Shown here: in pieces, positions 26,410 to 41,619 of the stretch
How positions within the stretch are numbered: the first letter of the stretch is position 1
Layout of the letters: the number at the start of each line of letters is the position of its first letter
DNA from: Octopus vulgaris
Taxonomy: Eukaryota
Length of the DNA: 64,000 bases
Reading direction: 5' to 3'
NCBI GenBank assembly: GCA_951406725.2
Contig: OX597820.1
Location: 30,070,001 to 30,134,000 of the forward strand
The notes under the pieces: model-generated
Told to the model about the DNA's origin: nothing
Database searches by the model: none
The model's input: only the letters and a program-made list of their open reading frames with translations
Position numbers and translations under genes: made by a program

Positions 26410-26960
26410 TGCTACAGCAAAGACAGGTCTACTTCTCAATGCAAAGAAAGCCCAGAAGAAGACCAACAGTGAGGACTAAAATCATCTGGCCCTTTGTACC
26501 AACGATAGTACACAGCGCAGGAAAAACAATAACTTCAAGTACCTTGGGTCTTATGTTATTGAGAAAAAGGAAAACTTCCTGTCTCGCAAGGAACTAATCT
26601 GGAATACCTGACAATCATCACAATATCTGGCAGTCGAGTATCTCAAAGTCAACAAAGCTTGCCTTCTTCAAAACGAGTATAGAGTATTCTTGTCTCTGGA
26701 GCCAATGCTTAGACCATGAAGAAAGAGCTTCAAGATCGCCATATGGTACATACATAAAGCTTCTTTTGGTGACTCAAAATATCTCATGGAATGAGTACAA
26801 GATCAAAAGAAAGATTTATTTCACCCATTTCTACTATTAATACTCAATGCAAAGTAGGTTTTGCGGGCATTGCTATCGGACTGAACATCAGACTGTGTCA
26901 GATGTTATGTTTCGGAAACTTCCGCATTCTAATAGAAGACGAAGGTCACTCAATTACATG
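26410..26960 (+). pseudogene. Degraded RTE-clade LINE reverse transcriptase fragment
   Basis: Across frameshifts: TGL.LNAKK, FKYLGS, IWQS.ISK.TKLAFFK, WTMKKELQDR, QNISW, FAGHCYR. Confidence 0.75.
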
Positions 26961-26964
26961 GATA

Positions 26965-27340
26965 TTGGTTTCAAATTCTGGTACAAATCCAGTAAGTTCG
27001 AGGAAGGGGATTAGTCGATTACATCGACCTCACTGTTTAACTAGTATTTATTTTATCGACTCCGAAAGGATGAAGGTAAAGTCAATCACGGCAGAGGAAA
27101 TGCCGCTAATCATTTCGCCAGGCACAAGGGGCTACATACAGAGGGGACAAACAAGGACAGACAAACGGATTAAGTCGATTATATCGACCCCAATGCGTAA
27201 CTGGTACTTATTTAATCGACCCCGAAAGGATGAAAAGCAAAGTTGACCTCGGCGGAATTTGAACTCAGAACGTAACGGCAGACGAAATACCGCTAAGCAT
27301 TTCACCCGGCGTACTAACGATTCTGCAATCTCGTCGCCTT
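26965..27340 (-). mobile_element. SINE family A (two nested or tandem pieces)
   Basis: cgaccccgaaaggatgaaa..gacctcggcggaatttgaactcagaacg..ctcgtcgcctt. Confidence 0.83.
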
Positions 27341-28128
27341 ATTCTCGTACATTAATATTTATGAATGAGACATAGAACATGAAACTGAGGACCTACGAAA
27401 GATTAAGCGGGATAGATATTTCTGGAGCTGTATGATGAAATACATCTCGGTTGTGGAAGGTTAACGAAATGTATATTAGTCTCGACAAACTTAAGAGAGT
27501 TATTGAGGTTTTTCAGTTATTTATTCTTTCATTCTCTTCCAGCCCTAAGGCTGTGGCCATGCTGTGTCACGGCCAGTTAGAAGCAGGCAAGCCAGCCGCC
27601 GAATTGAACCAGAGATCTTTAGATCTTCAGTCTAACGCTCTGCCAATAGTTAATTGAAGATCCCTATCCATAGTTACATTTGTGGAAGAACACGGCAGGA
27701 AACGACGCTGAAGTAATAATTCCAGTAAAACATGGTTACAGAAGCACGAAATAGAAAATAATGGAACAACAGAAGCTGGACAATCCTGCGCAAAAAGAGG
27801 AAGTATAACGATTAACTATTCATTTACTTATCTCAAAAACGGATTTATTTACGCTCTTAGGTTTAAAGAGCAATAACAAATATTTGGTCAGTAAAAATAT
27901 AAAACCCGCTAATTAAAAATGCGTTTTGATACAAGACATACTTCTTACACAGATAAATCTTTATCGTATTTTTTTAGAGATCACTGAATGGACGAAAACT
28001 TCTTTTTAAGAAACATACGAGTGTTCATGAAAAATGTTTAAGAGCCATCATGCAAAGCCTTGTATTTATTTACAACAACAAAGAAAGTATATGTAATTGG
28101 GAAAACTGTATACGAAACTATTTGAGAA

Positions 28129-28337
28129 ATTCTGTTATGTCTGGGGAGAGTCATTTTCTTTTTGTGCCTTATAATGTAACACACTCACCGGTAAAGAGTC
28201 AAGATTGTTGAAAAGGTTGCAAGACGCAAAGAAAATTTTAGGAAAATAAAAATAAGAAATAAGTGGAAATTTTACCGTTGAGTGTGTTACATTATAAGGC
28301 ACAAAAAGAAAATGACTCTCCCCAGACACAACAGAAT
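28129..28337. repeat. 67-bp inverted repeat pair with a 75-bp spacer
   Basis: 28129-28195 versus 28271-28337, 2 mismatches. Confidence 0.92.
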
Positions 28338-28499
28338 ATGCTTCAACACACGAACTCATATAAAGAATCTTGCAAACCAAATCCAGAAACGAAATATTTG
28401 AGAAATTATATACGATTGACGAAGAAGGTGCGTTGCCAGCGACGGGTAGAAGCGTACAAAATCTCCATAGGAACCTTCTTTATAATTTTTTTTCTAACT

Positions 28500-29705
<1,206 letters not shown>

Positions 29706-29719
29706 CGCATATAATAAGG

Positions 29720-29988
29720 AAAATCCCACTGTTAAGTGATATGATAGCAAAATCATGCAGAAATTAGCAATAATATATTTCGTGCAACTTATTGAAAGAA
29801 TTTAAAGAACTTTCTATTTGGATCGATGAATTGGCGGAGATTAAAAATACAACTCAGCTATTGGTATTTGTCAGAAAATCGTAATAAAACTGCTTATGAG
29901 AATGTATTCTTTCGTCGATCATCTGATGATCGTATAACGAGTGAAGTTGTTTCTTCTCACAGTTGAACGCTTTTGTTGTTGTTGTTGT

Positions 29989-30027
<39 letters not shown>

Positions 30028-31200
30028 TTTATTAAGTGGATCCGAAATGAAAGAACTGTGTCTATACAGATGATGCGACAACATAAAACGTGAGATTTCA
30101 AGCTAAAAGCACAAGCAACGCGCCAACTGCATCTAGTTATTCTTTGAGACATCAAGAAAAAAATATTGTGAGAAAAAGATTTCTTCACACCTGAGGGCGA
30201 TAATATAAGATGGAATTACATTAATCAGCTTCATTAAAAGGCAAGCATTGAATAGTCATCTGTTCGTAGATCTATGGCAGAATAAAATCCGTGTTCAGCA
30301 AACTTACGTCAGATACAGAATTGCGGTAGCTACCAAAGGAGCAAGCTTTAAGGCGTCTAGTAAACAGAAAGAAGAAAGTAATATTTTTGTCGGAAGGATT
30401 CTTTGATAGTGAAAACTGGTTTTGCAAATAATGCTTAATTGTTAGACAGAAATGTAACTTAATGAGCTTAATTTATCTGTGTAAGACAGATATAGGTAAA
30501 CTTTTCCGAGAAACGAGCCGTATTACTAAAAATACTCCAAAGCAATGTTTTGTTAGGTATGCCATTCAGAAAGTACCAAGGGCTGCATACGGCTTGCAGT
30601 TTGCTTAAGAACATGAGCCCATTTCAATTTGATTGGTAAAAACTGTACCATTCACGAAATAAATAAACACTTGGGAACATGCAGTATAGAATGATAGATT
30701 TAAAATGTTTTTTATTGTATTGCTTACTTCGTCTTTGAAAATAATTTAATTTTTAATTATTTAGATTAAGTAGATCATAAGTGAGCATTTGGGATAAAAA
30801 TCAGTCTCGCGTTTTTATTTAAACTAAAGTCAATTATAAATTAGATCCCTGTATTTTTATAGCAAGATGAGGGATGAAATACCTTTCTTTGAAAGCTCAT
30901 AAAGTATTTACGAAGCACTAATGCAACTCACATCACAAACTTGAATTTTCAAAAATCATCTTGGGCATGTTTTAGCTGCTTTGGAATCAAAATCTCCAAT
31001 ACTATCTAAATCAGCAGTGGCATTTCTCCTACACCTTACTTTCTCATATTCATTTGAATCTGTATTTTCAGTTTTAACGAGCATAAAAATTCCGCGCAAC
31101 TATTCAGAACAGAAAAAATTACCCCTTATGGCTATCAAGGACCAATATCAAACCCCTATCTGATGTATAGCGCCAAAACAAGCACACACACGCATCCCTT
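29720..31200 (+). pseudogene. Degraded hAT (Charlie/Buster/ZBED5-like) transposase
   Basis: KIPL, IDELAEIKNTTQLLVFVR, TD.A, FIKRQALNSHLF, TELR*L, and C-terminal SPILSKSAVAFLL..SYSFESVFSVLTSIK (hATC dimerisation region). Confidence 0.8.
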
Positions 31201-32208
31201 TCTAGCTATTCCTATGATATATTTGCTGCTATTAGTAAAGTTTTGTGCAGTCCTATCTTGTATCTATATTGTTTTATAGTTCTCAAGTTTCAGTTTGTTG
31301 TTAGTAAATTTTTGCTTAATATAATCGCATACGAGTTATATTGCTTTGTTAGGTATTTCCATAGAATTCTTTCTAATTTTGAAACAAGGTCAGCATTTCT
31401 GAGGGAAAGTGGGTGGGAAGTCAGTTATATCGATCTCAGTCTGTTGCAAAACTTTGAACATGGTCTCCAGTTTGAGGGTATCTATCCCCTCCACTTCATC
31501 CTACCAGTTTCGGAGTCTCTAAAAAGGGTCATAAATGGGTGGCTCTTTTATACGTAAACCAATACCCTGCCCCAAATGGTACCATATCTATTTTTCATCA
31601 ATCCATCAAACAAAGCATCCATCTAGCCATCCACCCACTCCTCAATAATCAGACTATCCATCTAGCCAGGGCCGGATTAAGACCCGTAGAGGCCAAGCAT
31701 TTAAAAGGTTTGGGGGCCCTCATATATATATGTAATTCAAAACATAAATAATAATTAACCATAAAATTAATTGTCTATTTTAAAACTAACACTAAGATGG
31801 AAAATAATGCTTATTTTTGAATGCTTCTACTTAGTTTATATTTGAAAATTTCTTTCTACTTTTTCAGACCATCCCTATGACACCATGAACACTTCAAAAA
31901 TCCATCCTCCGATCCGTTCCCGTATCCACCAATCATTCCATTCAATAATCCATTAATCCACCAACCAGTCCGTTAATCCCTCTATCCATCAGTCCCTCTA
32001 ATTTATCTACCATTTATTCATAAATCACTCCGTCGACTTCTCCATCAATCTATTCCTCATCCAATCAGTCATAAATCCGTTCACTAAATAATCCATTTAT
32101 TCGTCCATGCAATGATCAAATATATTTTAATCCCTTAATCCATTACCTGATTTCTTCGAACCACTGCACACTCAATATATTTATCCATCTGCCAGCAACA
32201 ATTTAAAC

Positions 32209-32592
32209 CAGTGATTCTCAACTGAGCTCCATATGGGCCTTGGGGGTCCTTGGGTGTCCATATAACCATTAGGAGGTTCATATAGCTCTTGGGGGACCAT
32301 ATTGCCCCTGGGGGTCCATATAGCCCCTAGGAGTCCATATAGCCCCTGGGGGTCCATATAGCCCCTGGGGGTCCATATAGCCCTTGGGGTGTGGTCTTTT
32401 ATTGTTAAACTTTATCTGCAATAAATTAGTTATACACAAAATATTTCAACAACTTTTTTTGTACAATTCCTAATATTTAATTATAAAAACATAATAGGAT
32501 TTTTTGAACATCGAATGACTGTGAGGTTCCAGTAGAGTAACACAGGAATCAAAGGGGTCCATAGGTAAGAAAAAAATGATTGCGAAACACTG
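32209..32592. mobile_element. hAT-type MITE with 8-bp TSD and an internal 20-bp tandem repeat
   Basis: TIRs cagtgattctcaac and gattgcgaaacactg; flanks atttaaac and atttaagc; internal (ggggtccatatagcccctgg)n. Confidence 0.8.
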
Positions 32593-32852
32593 ATTTAAGC
32601 CATCATTCACCACTACTCCATCAATCTAGCCATCCCTCATCCATCTATCCATTCACCCATCCACCCATCTATCCATCCATCCATCCATCCATCCATCCAT
32701 CCATCCATACATACATACATACATACATACATACATACATACATACATACATACATACATACATGCATGCATGCATGCATACATACATACATGCATACAT
32801 ACATACATACATACATACATACATACATACATACATACATACATACATACAT

Positions 32853-33120
32853 ACGAAAAAGAACACCTATGCTGAACTATTGAGAAATCTGAAGTTACTC
32901 TATCCAGATTACAAGTTCAGGTTTATACCTGTAATTAGGGGGGGGGCCTAGGATATGTAACACACGGCCTAAGTACCAATCTTGAGCAATTAGGCTTCTC
33001 AAAACCAGAAAGGAGAAAGCTAATTCGAAGACTACGGATGCAATCCATCATTGGAACTGTAAAAATCTGTAAAACTTTCCAGAAGTTTATCATTTAAATA
33101 ATATGAGCATGTCTAGTTTA
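32853..33120 (+). mobile_element. 3' end of an RLE-type LINE (same family as 100-500)
   Basis: [26 protein letters not shown] matches ENTYTKSLRNLQLHNPEYTFRFILVI. Followed by a (CATA)n tail. Confidence 0.8.
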
Positions 33121-33379
33121 TACAAATATATGCATGAGAATACTTACATAAAACATACAAAGCTGCACATACATACATACATACATACATACATACATAC
33201 ATACATACATACATACATACATACATACATACGTACATACATACATACATACATGCAAGCATACATACAAAAATGTTGAAATTTCAATGAAGGAGCCTTG
33301 GATCTAGGTTAGAAACCGATTCTTTCTCTATTGGGAAGAAATCTTGAAATAAACTGAATAATGACATACATACTTACAT

Positions 33380-33960
33380 ACGTCTGTCTATCACCAATTT
33401 ATCAATGAATTAACCCACCCATCAATCCATTCATCCATTAATTTATCTATCTATTAATTCATCGAATCTTCCAATCACCCAGCCGTCTAGTCGTCCATCC
33501 CTCTCTCTCTCTCTCTCTCCCTCCATCCATCCATCCAGCCAGCCAGTCATCTCTTCATCCATCCATCCATCTGTAATTGATCAATCCAGCTATATGATCC
33601 ATCAATCCATCAGTTAATCTATCCATCAGCCCAGCCAACCACACATTTAGCTATTCGTCCATCCATCTGTCCATACGTCTATCCATCCAGCAATCCAATC
33701 CATGCAGCCAGCCAGCCATTCGTCAGCCGTCCACCCATCCATCCATCAATCCATGTATTCGTCAGCCGTCCATCCATGCGTCCATCCATTTATCCGTCTA
33801 TTCGTCAACCGTCCATGCGTCCATCCATCCATCCATCCATCCATCCTTCCATCCATCCGTACGTACAAACACCCATCCATCCACCCAGCAGTCCATCCTT
33901 CCATACATCCTTCTGTCAATTCTTTCCATTCATATATATCCGCCAGTCAACCTGTTTGTT
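33380..33960. repeat. Degenerate (CCAT)n satellite
   Basis: Direct reading. Confidence 0.85.
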
Positions 33961-34784
33961 TACCATTTTTACTAACAACCATCCTATTATTTGTTCCTCT
34001 CGCTTTCTTTTTCTCTCTTTCGCTCTTTCTTCTCTGGCTCTCTCTCTCTCTTTCCAGTTTCTCTCTCTCCTTTCTTTCAGCCTTTCTATCAATCTATCTA
34101 TCCGTCTGTCTGTCTGTCTGTATGTCGTGTCTGTCTATCTGACTCTTCAAAATTTACCAACACAAATTCTACGTTCCTTTCTGTCTTTCCGAACCGTTAT
34201 GTGGATGCCACACACCAATTTTTCTTATCCATTTCAAAGAAATTTTACCGCCCGTGTCTACCTTTATCGAATCTAACAACAAAAACAACAACAACGAGAA
34301 CAACAACAACAACAACAATAACAGCAGCAGCAGCCCTAAGAACGACATACAAACACAACAAGACTTCACATCACAACTCAACAACACAACAACATGGCAA
34401 CGCAGCTACATAGCAACACAACAAGAACAACGATGACAACAACAGTAATAACAAGAATATGGAAAAAGAAGAAAACAATTCAGTATTACAACTCATTTCA
34501 TAACCTAACAACAATGTGATAAACTATACAATACAAAAATATGAGCGCAACAATAGTACACAATAACATTGCATTATATAAAAAAAAACATAGCCTAGCA
34601 ACACCACGAAACAAACAATATAACCCAACAACATAACAATAACATCAGCAATGACAACAACATCACAACAACTGCGTAACATTAAACGATTTCGCAAACC
34701 AACCACCTAACCGAAAAATATGGAAATTCTTTGGCGCGCCGTAAAGAGAAGGAAGAACGAAGAAGAAAAATCAAACTGAATGAA

Positions 34785-35320
34785 AAGAAGAAGAAGAAGA
34801 AGAAGAAGAAGAAGAAGAAGAAGAAGAAGAAGAAGAAGAAGAAGAAGAAGAAGAAGAAGAAGAAGAAGAAAGAAAGAATTAAGAAAGAAGAAGAAGAAGA
34901 AGAAGAAGAAGAAAGAATTAAGAAAGAAGAGGAAGAAAGAATTAAGAAAGAAGAAGAAGAAGAAGAAGAAGAAGAAGAAGAAGAAGAAGAAGAAGAAGAA
35001 GAAGAAGAAGAAGAAAGAATTAAGAAAGAAGAAGAAGAAAGAATTAAGAAAGAAGAAGAAGAAAGAATTAAGAAAGAAGAAGACGACGAAGAAGAAGAAA
35101 TAAGAAAGAAGAAAGAGAAAGAATTAAGAATGAAGAAGAAAGAATTGGGAAAGAAGAAAGAATTAAGAAGAAGAACAACAACAAAGAATTAAGAAAGAAA
35201 AAAAAGAATTAAGGAAGAAGGAAGAATTAAGAAAGAAGAAGAAGAAGAAGAAGAAGAAGAAGAAGAAGAAGAAGAAAAAGAATGAAAAAGGAAGAAAGAA
35301 GAAAGAAGATGAAGAAGAAA
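34785..35320. repeat. Polypurine (GAA)n tract with interspersed GAATTAAGAAA
   Basis: Direct reading; a further (AGA)n run lies at about 35690-35780. Confidence 0.96.
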
Positions 35321-36178
35321 GAGAAAACTGTAAAATGAGTTCTAGCCATAGAAAAGGCAGTCTCAATTTGTATGTTATTCTAGAACTATCTCTTTACGTC
35401 AGGAATGGGGCGGCTCCATGATGTTCCGTGGTTTTTGAAGTACTACCGTAAATGGTAATGTCTAGCTTGGCAATTCATGAAAACTAAGAGAAGAGAAGAA
35501 TGATGAAAGAGATAGAAAGAATGAAAGGAAGAGAGAGAGAGGAGAGGAGAGGAAGATGGGGGTAATACGAGTGAAAAAGTGGTGGAGGGGGGGAGAAGAA
35601 GAAGAATGAGTGAAAGGGAAAGAGAGATGGAGGGAATGTGAGAAAGGAAGGGAAAGAGAGGAGAGAAAGAGAGACAGAGAGACAGAGAGAAGAAGAAGAA
35701 GAAGAAGAAGAAGAAGAAGAAGAAGAAGAAGAAGAAGAAGAAGAAGAAGAAGAAGAAGAAGAAGAAGAAGAAGAAGAAGAGAAAAATCACCGGGAGAGAA
35801 AAGAGTAAACAGAAAAAAAAAAGAAGAAAAATAATTCTGAAAGGAATTAAGGAATTCGAGGAATACCAGAATACAGCAAACCGATTACGTAAAGAATAAT
35901 ATACGAATATGGATAGAATGTGTATGTGTGCGTACGAGTGTGAACGCGTGTATGTATGAGTGTATCTTTGCTCATCTCTGTCTCTTTCTCTCTCTCTTTC
36001 TCTCTTTATATATATATATATATATATACACATGTATAAACAAACACTTGCAATGCACAGATATACATATAAATGTGTGTATGCATGTATATGTGTGTGT
36101 ATGTGTGTCTGTATTATAGTATAATTGTGCGTGTCTTTCTTTTGACCTAGTAACGAAATCTTTCCGTTCACCTTCCCC

Positions 36179-36234
<56 letters not shown>

Positions 36235-36911
36235 CTCTATCTATCTATCTCTATCTATCTATCTCTATCTCTACCTCCCTCTCTTTCTCCTCTTTCTTTT
36301 CTCTCCCGCTATCTCCTATTAGATTTCTATCTCTTTACAGCTCATTACACCGTCTAAATCCCTTACTCTCTCTTCCTATTTTCCCGGTTTTTTCTACACC
36401 TCCTCCCCTCTTCTTTCATTCTCTCACCTCTCACTCTCTCTGTCTCTCCATCTATCTACCTCTTGTTACATTACTACTCAATTCACTCAACACTTTCTTC
36501 TTTCCTCTTCACTCAACTTTCACTTTCACTTTTGATCCATTAACTCGTTTTCTTTCCTGCTTTCCATCTTCTTTCCTTTACTCTCTGTCTCTCGGTCTCA
36601 TTATACATCCATGCATTCAAAGTCTACATATATGTGTATATATATGTATACTTATATAAAGAGAGAGAGGGGGATCCCTCTCTCCTTGCTATTTCCCCTC
36701 TCTCTCTCTTTGTCTCTGTCTCTCTCTCCCACTATCTCCATTCCCAATATGCCAATCTTTATGAATGAACACTTCCTATCGATCCACTAAACTGTTACAA
36801 TTGTGTAATACTCACTCACAGTTCACTCTCTCTTTCTCTTTCTATCATTATTTTCTGGGTTTTTTTGGGTTTTTTTCGTCTTTTTATTTTAACACTGTGA
36901 TACCAGAACCG

Positions 36912-37012
36912 TTGCCGCCGCCGACGCCACCGCCGACGCCACCGCCGACGACACTGCCGGCGCCACCGCCGACGCCACCGCCGACGCCACCGCCGCTGCC
37001 ACCACCACCACC
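36912..37012. repeat. GC-rich 12-bp minisatellite (CCGCCGACGCCA)n inside a CCA/ACA low-complexity tract
   Basis: Direct reading. Confidence 0.9.
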
Positions 37013-37720
37013 AATAACAACAACAACATTAGGCAACAATACAACCACCACCACCTCCACTGCCAGCCCTCCAACACTGCAACTACCACTACCAACAACA
37101 ACAGCTATCAAGAACAAACAACAACAACAACAATACCACTACCATTAATACCATCGCAAATATCAACAGAAGCAACAAAAACAAAAGCACTGCCGTCACT
37201 ATCGGTGCCACCGGCGTCACCACCACCACCACCACCACCATCAACACCACCAAGAACAACAATACTAACAACAACACTACTTTTGCTACCATTGCCACCA
37301 CGCTACCACTACCAGCACCAGCATTACCACCACCTCGCTATCATCATCTAGAAAACCATCACAACCATCAAACAGCAACCACAACCATCACAACAACCAC
37401 AACCATAACCATCACCACCACCAACAACAACATTGCCACCACCACCACCACCACCTCTACCGCTATTACCCTCACAATTACTACTAACACTACAACGCTA
37501 AGTACTACCACCACCACAACCACTACCGCCACTACGACCACCAACAGCCCTGCAACTACCGACACCACAAACGTCTAAAGATGGGATGATCATGGCTGGA
37601 ACGCCGCTGAGTGCTAAGTCCCATCTGCTCCGTCACAGCTGATTTGAGGAGTGAGACGAGGTTGAACAACAACGGCTTTTACTACTACCCCAACTACTAC
37701 TACTACTGCTGCTGCTACTA

Positions 37721-37766
<46 letters not shown>

Positions 37767-37925
37767 ACAGATATACGCACCACCGCTACCACTAACCACC
37801 ACTACTGCTACTAAAAGACAATAATAAAAGCAGACACACATGCATACATGCATATATGTATATGCATATATATGTGTGTGAGTGTCTGTGTGCAGATACA
37901 TGCATACACACACATATATGCATAC

Positions 37926-37977
<52 letters not shown>

Positions 37978-38005
37978 CCAGGCAGACAGGAGACAGACAG
38001 ACAGC

Positions 38006-38088
<83 letters not shown>

Positions 38089-38116
38089 CCAGGCAGACAG
38101 GAGACAGACAGACAGG

Positions 38117-38180
<64 letters not shown>
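37926..38180. repeat. (GATA)n with a duplicated gccaggcagacaggagacagacagacag block
   Basis: The block occurs at about 37977 and 38088. Confidence 0.93.
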
Positions 38181-38181
<1 letters not shown>

Positions 38182-38419
38182 TTAATATGATTTTTTGTAA
38201 AGTTAATCGACTCCACCCTTGCTACATCACACACATACGCACATACACACCTATCATTGTTCACCATCACCCACACCGTAGAACCGGTAGTTACCGTCAA
38301 CCCACCCCGTCCCCTCCCGAATACTTCATTCATTGTCGAACTCCTTTTATGGAAGTATCAAATGACAGCGACATACCTATTACAGACACGTGTCAGAATC
38401 GAACCAGCAAGGGACCCTG

Positions 38420-39170
38420 CATTCAGTCGTTCGATCTGCGAGAAATAGCAGCCAAATCCTAATTCTTTCATATAATCTTCGAACATCTTTAAAATGAAAG
38501 ATAAAGCTACATTGGATAATATAGTCTGAAATAATAAACATAATACTGTCATGGCTGGAGCGCCTTTGATCCTACGTCTTAGCAATGAGAGCTAAACTCA
38601 TAGACGAGACAAAAGGAATCCTCCATTTGGTCGATTGACTTCCTAGAAACAACTGCCAAGCTCCAATTCCCTCAAACCATACTCTACATACAAGCTTAAA
38701 AATTATGGGAAAGAAACGACGAGACGGCCACGGCTGGAACGCCTTTGATCATATATCTTAGCAATGAGAGCTGACCTCAGAGACGAAGCAAAAGGGAGTC
38801 ACTATGTGGTCGCCCGACTTCCAAGAAACAACAGCTAAACTCCAGTTCCCCTCAGCCCATACCCTACAGTCTATCAAATATAGGAAAGAAAAGATGAAAC
38901 AGTCATGGCCGGAATGCTTTTGATCATATTCTTAACAACGAGAGCTGACCTTAGAGATGAAGCAAAACGGGAGCCTTTATGTTGTCGATCGACCTCCTAG
39001 AAACAATAACGAAATTCAAACAAACCAACTGTCTCTAGAATATGGAAAAGGATGCGTTAAACATGGTAGTTTTTAAATATATATAAAAATACGAGAAGTT
39101 CACGACTAGAACATCCTTTGATCATTGGTCTGTTACTTAATCATGTATGACCTGGGGCTACACAGAGCAA
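38420..39170 (+). repeat. Diverged ~180-bp tandem array (about 4 units) of an interspersed-repeat fragment
   Basis: Units gtcg..cgac.tcctagaaacaa..ca.ggctggaa.gcctttgatc..cttagcaatgagagct start near 38425, 38628, 38808 and 38985. Single related copies occur at about 3835, 8620, 18835 and 53050. Confidence 0.75.
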
Positions 39171-39431
39171 CAAGAGCAACAATGTTTATAACAATAATAA
39201 CAACAATAGCATGTGGATATAAATCTATGATCAAATGCATTCCAGTTGTGACCACCCCGTCTTATTTTAGCTAGACAATGTGTCTACGTTTTTATTATCC
39301 AATGTCTTCCCGTCTTAATTCTATTTTTAAAAACCTGGTATGGGATTGTATTTGTGGGTGATTTTGGCTGCGATTGCCAGCAGATCTAGCAACAACGTAA
39401 AAGATCTTTTGTTTGATACGTGTAGTGGACC

Positions 39432-39883
39432 TCTTATTCTAATCAGGACTCACGCCATTAGCCACAAAGAATAATCTCTAATTCGAGCCTACTCTAAGCT
39501 ACTAAGAATGCGTGTGGAAACTTGAAGACCCACCCACCACACGCGATAGACAGGCGCGAAAGCTACGTTGTTATCCTCATTCCGTAAACGGTGGCTTTTA
39601 ACGGGTGGAGAGCTGAACCATCCTGGGGTACAGAGGACTCGCAATCTAGACTAGGGTCTGAAAGTTTACCACACCATAGTGGATTACACCATGGTTCATC
39701 TGCTTTGTGGCAGAAGTAGGAAGAAAGAGTGAAAGAAAGTTATGGTGAAAGAGTACAGCGGGGTACAGTGGAGCTTAGGTGATTTTGCCCAATAAACACT
39801 CACAATGCCCGGTCTGGGAATCGAAACTGCGTTCTTACGACCGCGAGTCCGCTGCCCTAACCACTGGTCCATTGCGCCTCCAC
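39432..39883 (-). mobile_element. Family C SINE with the distinct tail and an 11-bp TSD
   Basis: Reverse complement of 22721-23196; TSD acgtgtagtgg at 39418-39428 and 39884-39894. Confidence 0.88.
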
Positions 39884-40099
39884 ACGTGTAGTGGTTGCTG
39901 TCTTTGAGATTAGCTTTGATCGAGTAAACTCACGATCAAAAGCGTGCCAGTCGTGACCATCCCTTCCTTCCATTTCCCTCTCTCTCTCGCCTTCTCTACC
40001 TATCTGTCTCTATCTTTATCCCTCTCTACCCCTCAAATTGTTGGGCAAATAGATAGAATATAATGAAAAGGAAAACAAAATTACTGCCACTGCATCACA

Positions 40100-40586
40100 G
40101 TAAGATGAGAGTTCGGCGAGATTGTCACTCTGTGGCAAAAGACAAAGTCGTTTGCAACCATGAGAACCGTTGAAAAGAAATCTGTTTATGGGACGACATG
40201 GTTAAGTGAGAGTTTTAGCGACAAGGTGACACCCAAACAATATCTGCTATCTCATAAACATTCTTCTTTGTTTTGTTTACTTCTTGATGTTTTTTCAAAT
40301 TTTGAATAGGATATTTTAATGCCGAAATATCAAATAGATGTTATATAAACTATTAAAAATAGATGAATGATATAAATTACGAGAACAAATGGTACGGCTT
40401 CCACATTTTCTAGATTGAGTAACATTTCAACGGCAAACTCACGGTGTACACCGGTTCAAACCACGATGGTAAATTTTAAAAAATTATAACATTAGCTACA
40501 TGAAGACATGATCTTCTGGCAGGCTTCCCTATCACCACAGCAATGGCCGTGTAAAATATAGAAGCTTTGATTGTCGCACCCTGTAC
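40100..40586 (-). mobile_element. Relic of a Tc1/mariner-superfamily element with a DUF4817-like N-terminus
   Basis: The minus strand starts TACAGGGTG (TIR-like) and reads V*TGVHREFAVEM, similar to 'W.G.HRAFAVE.F'. Confidence 0.45.
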
Positions 40587-40928
40587 AACAGCTTGTGCCG
40601 TTTCACATTTTTCAAGTGTATATTAAATTATGAAACCTGCTTTGTATGGCTTTCTTTCTTTTATTTCTTTGTAGCAACAGTACTTTCAAGGGAAAATCGT
40701 TAGTTCGGCGGACAATGTGCTTAGCAGCAGTTCTCCTGGCTTTAGCATCTGAGTTCAAATTCCATCGAACTTTACTTTCCTTGTTCTGAGAACAATAAAA
40801 TAAGCACTAGGGTCGATGTAATTGACTGACCCTCCTCCCTTAAAATTTCAAGCCTTGTACCTATAGAAAAAAAAATTGGAAGTTGTTCCAGAACGCCCCG
40901 CTATTTTATTGCAACTAATCACCTTAAT

Positions 40929-41225
40929 GTGGAGGCACATGGCCTAGTGGTTAGAGCAGCGGACTCGCGGTCGAGGGATCGAGGGTTCGAATCTCAGACC
41001 GGGCGATGTGTGTGTTTATGAGCGAAACACCTAAGCTACACGCGGCACCGGCAGAAGGTAATGGCGAACTTCTGCTGACTCTTTCGCCACAACTTTCTCT
41101 CACTCTTTCCTCCTGCATCTTGCAGCTCACCTGCGACGGACTGGCGTCTCGTCCAGGTGGGGAACCTATACGCCAAGGAAACTGGGAATCCGGCCCTTAT
41201 GAGCCAGGCATGGCTCGAGAAGGTA
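40929..41225 (+). mobile_element. Family C-headed SINE with V-domain-like tail
   Basis: gtggaggcacatggcctagtggttagagcagcggactcgcggtc..gggttcgaatc head; tail cctgcgacggactggcgtctcgtccagg. Confidence 0.85.
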
Positions 41226-41619
41226 CAAACAATCACAATAATAATTCATTCAACTGATTTTACATGGTGGCGAGTTCAATTTTTCTCTTTAAGAATCAAT
41301 ATCAATAAGTATCAGTAATTCATTGGGGAAAAAGGAGAAATTACTATCTGAAGTCAGATATGAGACTGTCGGCTATAGATCTGCACTGTATATAAATCTG
41401 AAGTGAAATAATATTGTTCCTGCACAGGACATTTTAAGCACCCTCGATACAATTGTAGCTTTCTACATCAACCATTGTATAATATGAAAGAAATGCACAG
41501 TGATCTTGCCATCTCTACTTCGGTATGTTTTACAGATCGGATGAAAAGAAATAAAACCGAAACATCTGATGTGGTCCCTCGTACATGCTAAAATAATTAA
41601 AATAATGTTAGTCATTGAC

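Noticed and set aside
34731-35192. Lys/Glu-rich 153-aa ORF
   Set aside because: Translation of the (GAA)n microsatellite.
36765-37148. Proline-rich extensin/formin-like ORF
   Set aside because: A 12-bp minisatellite within a trinucleotide low-complexity tract; no domain or splice support.
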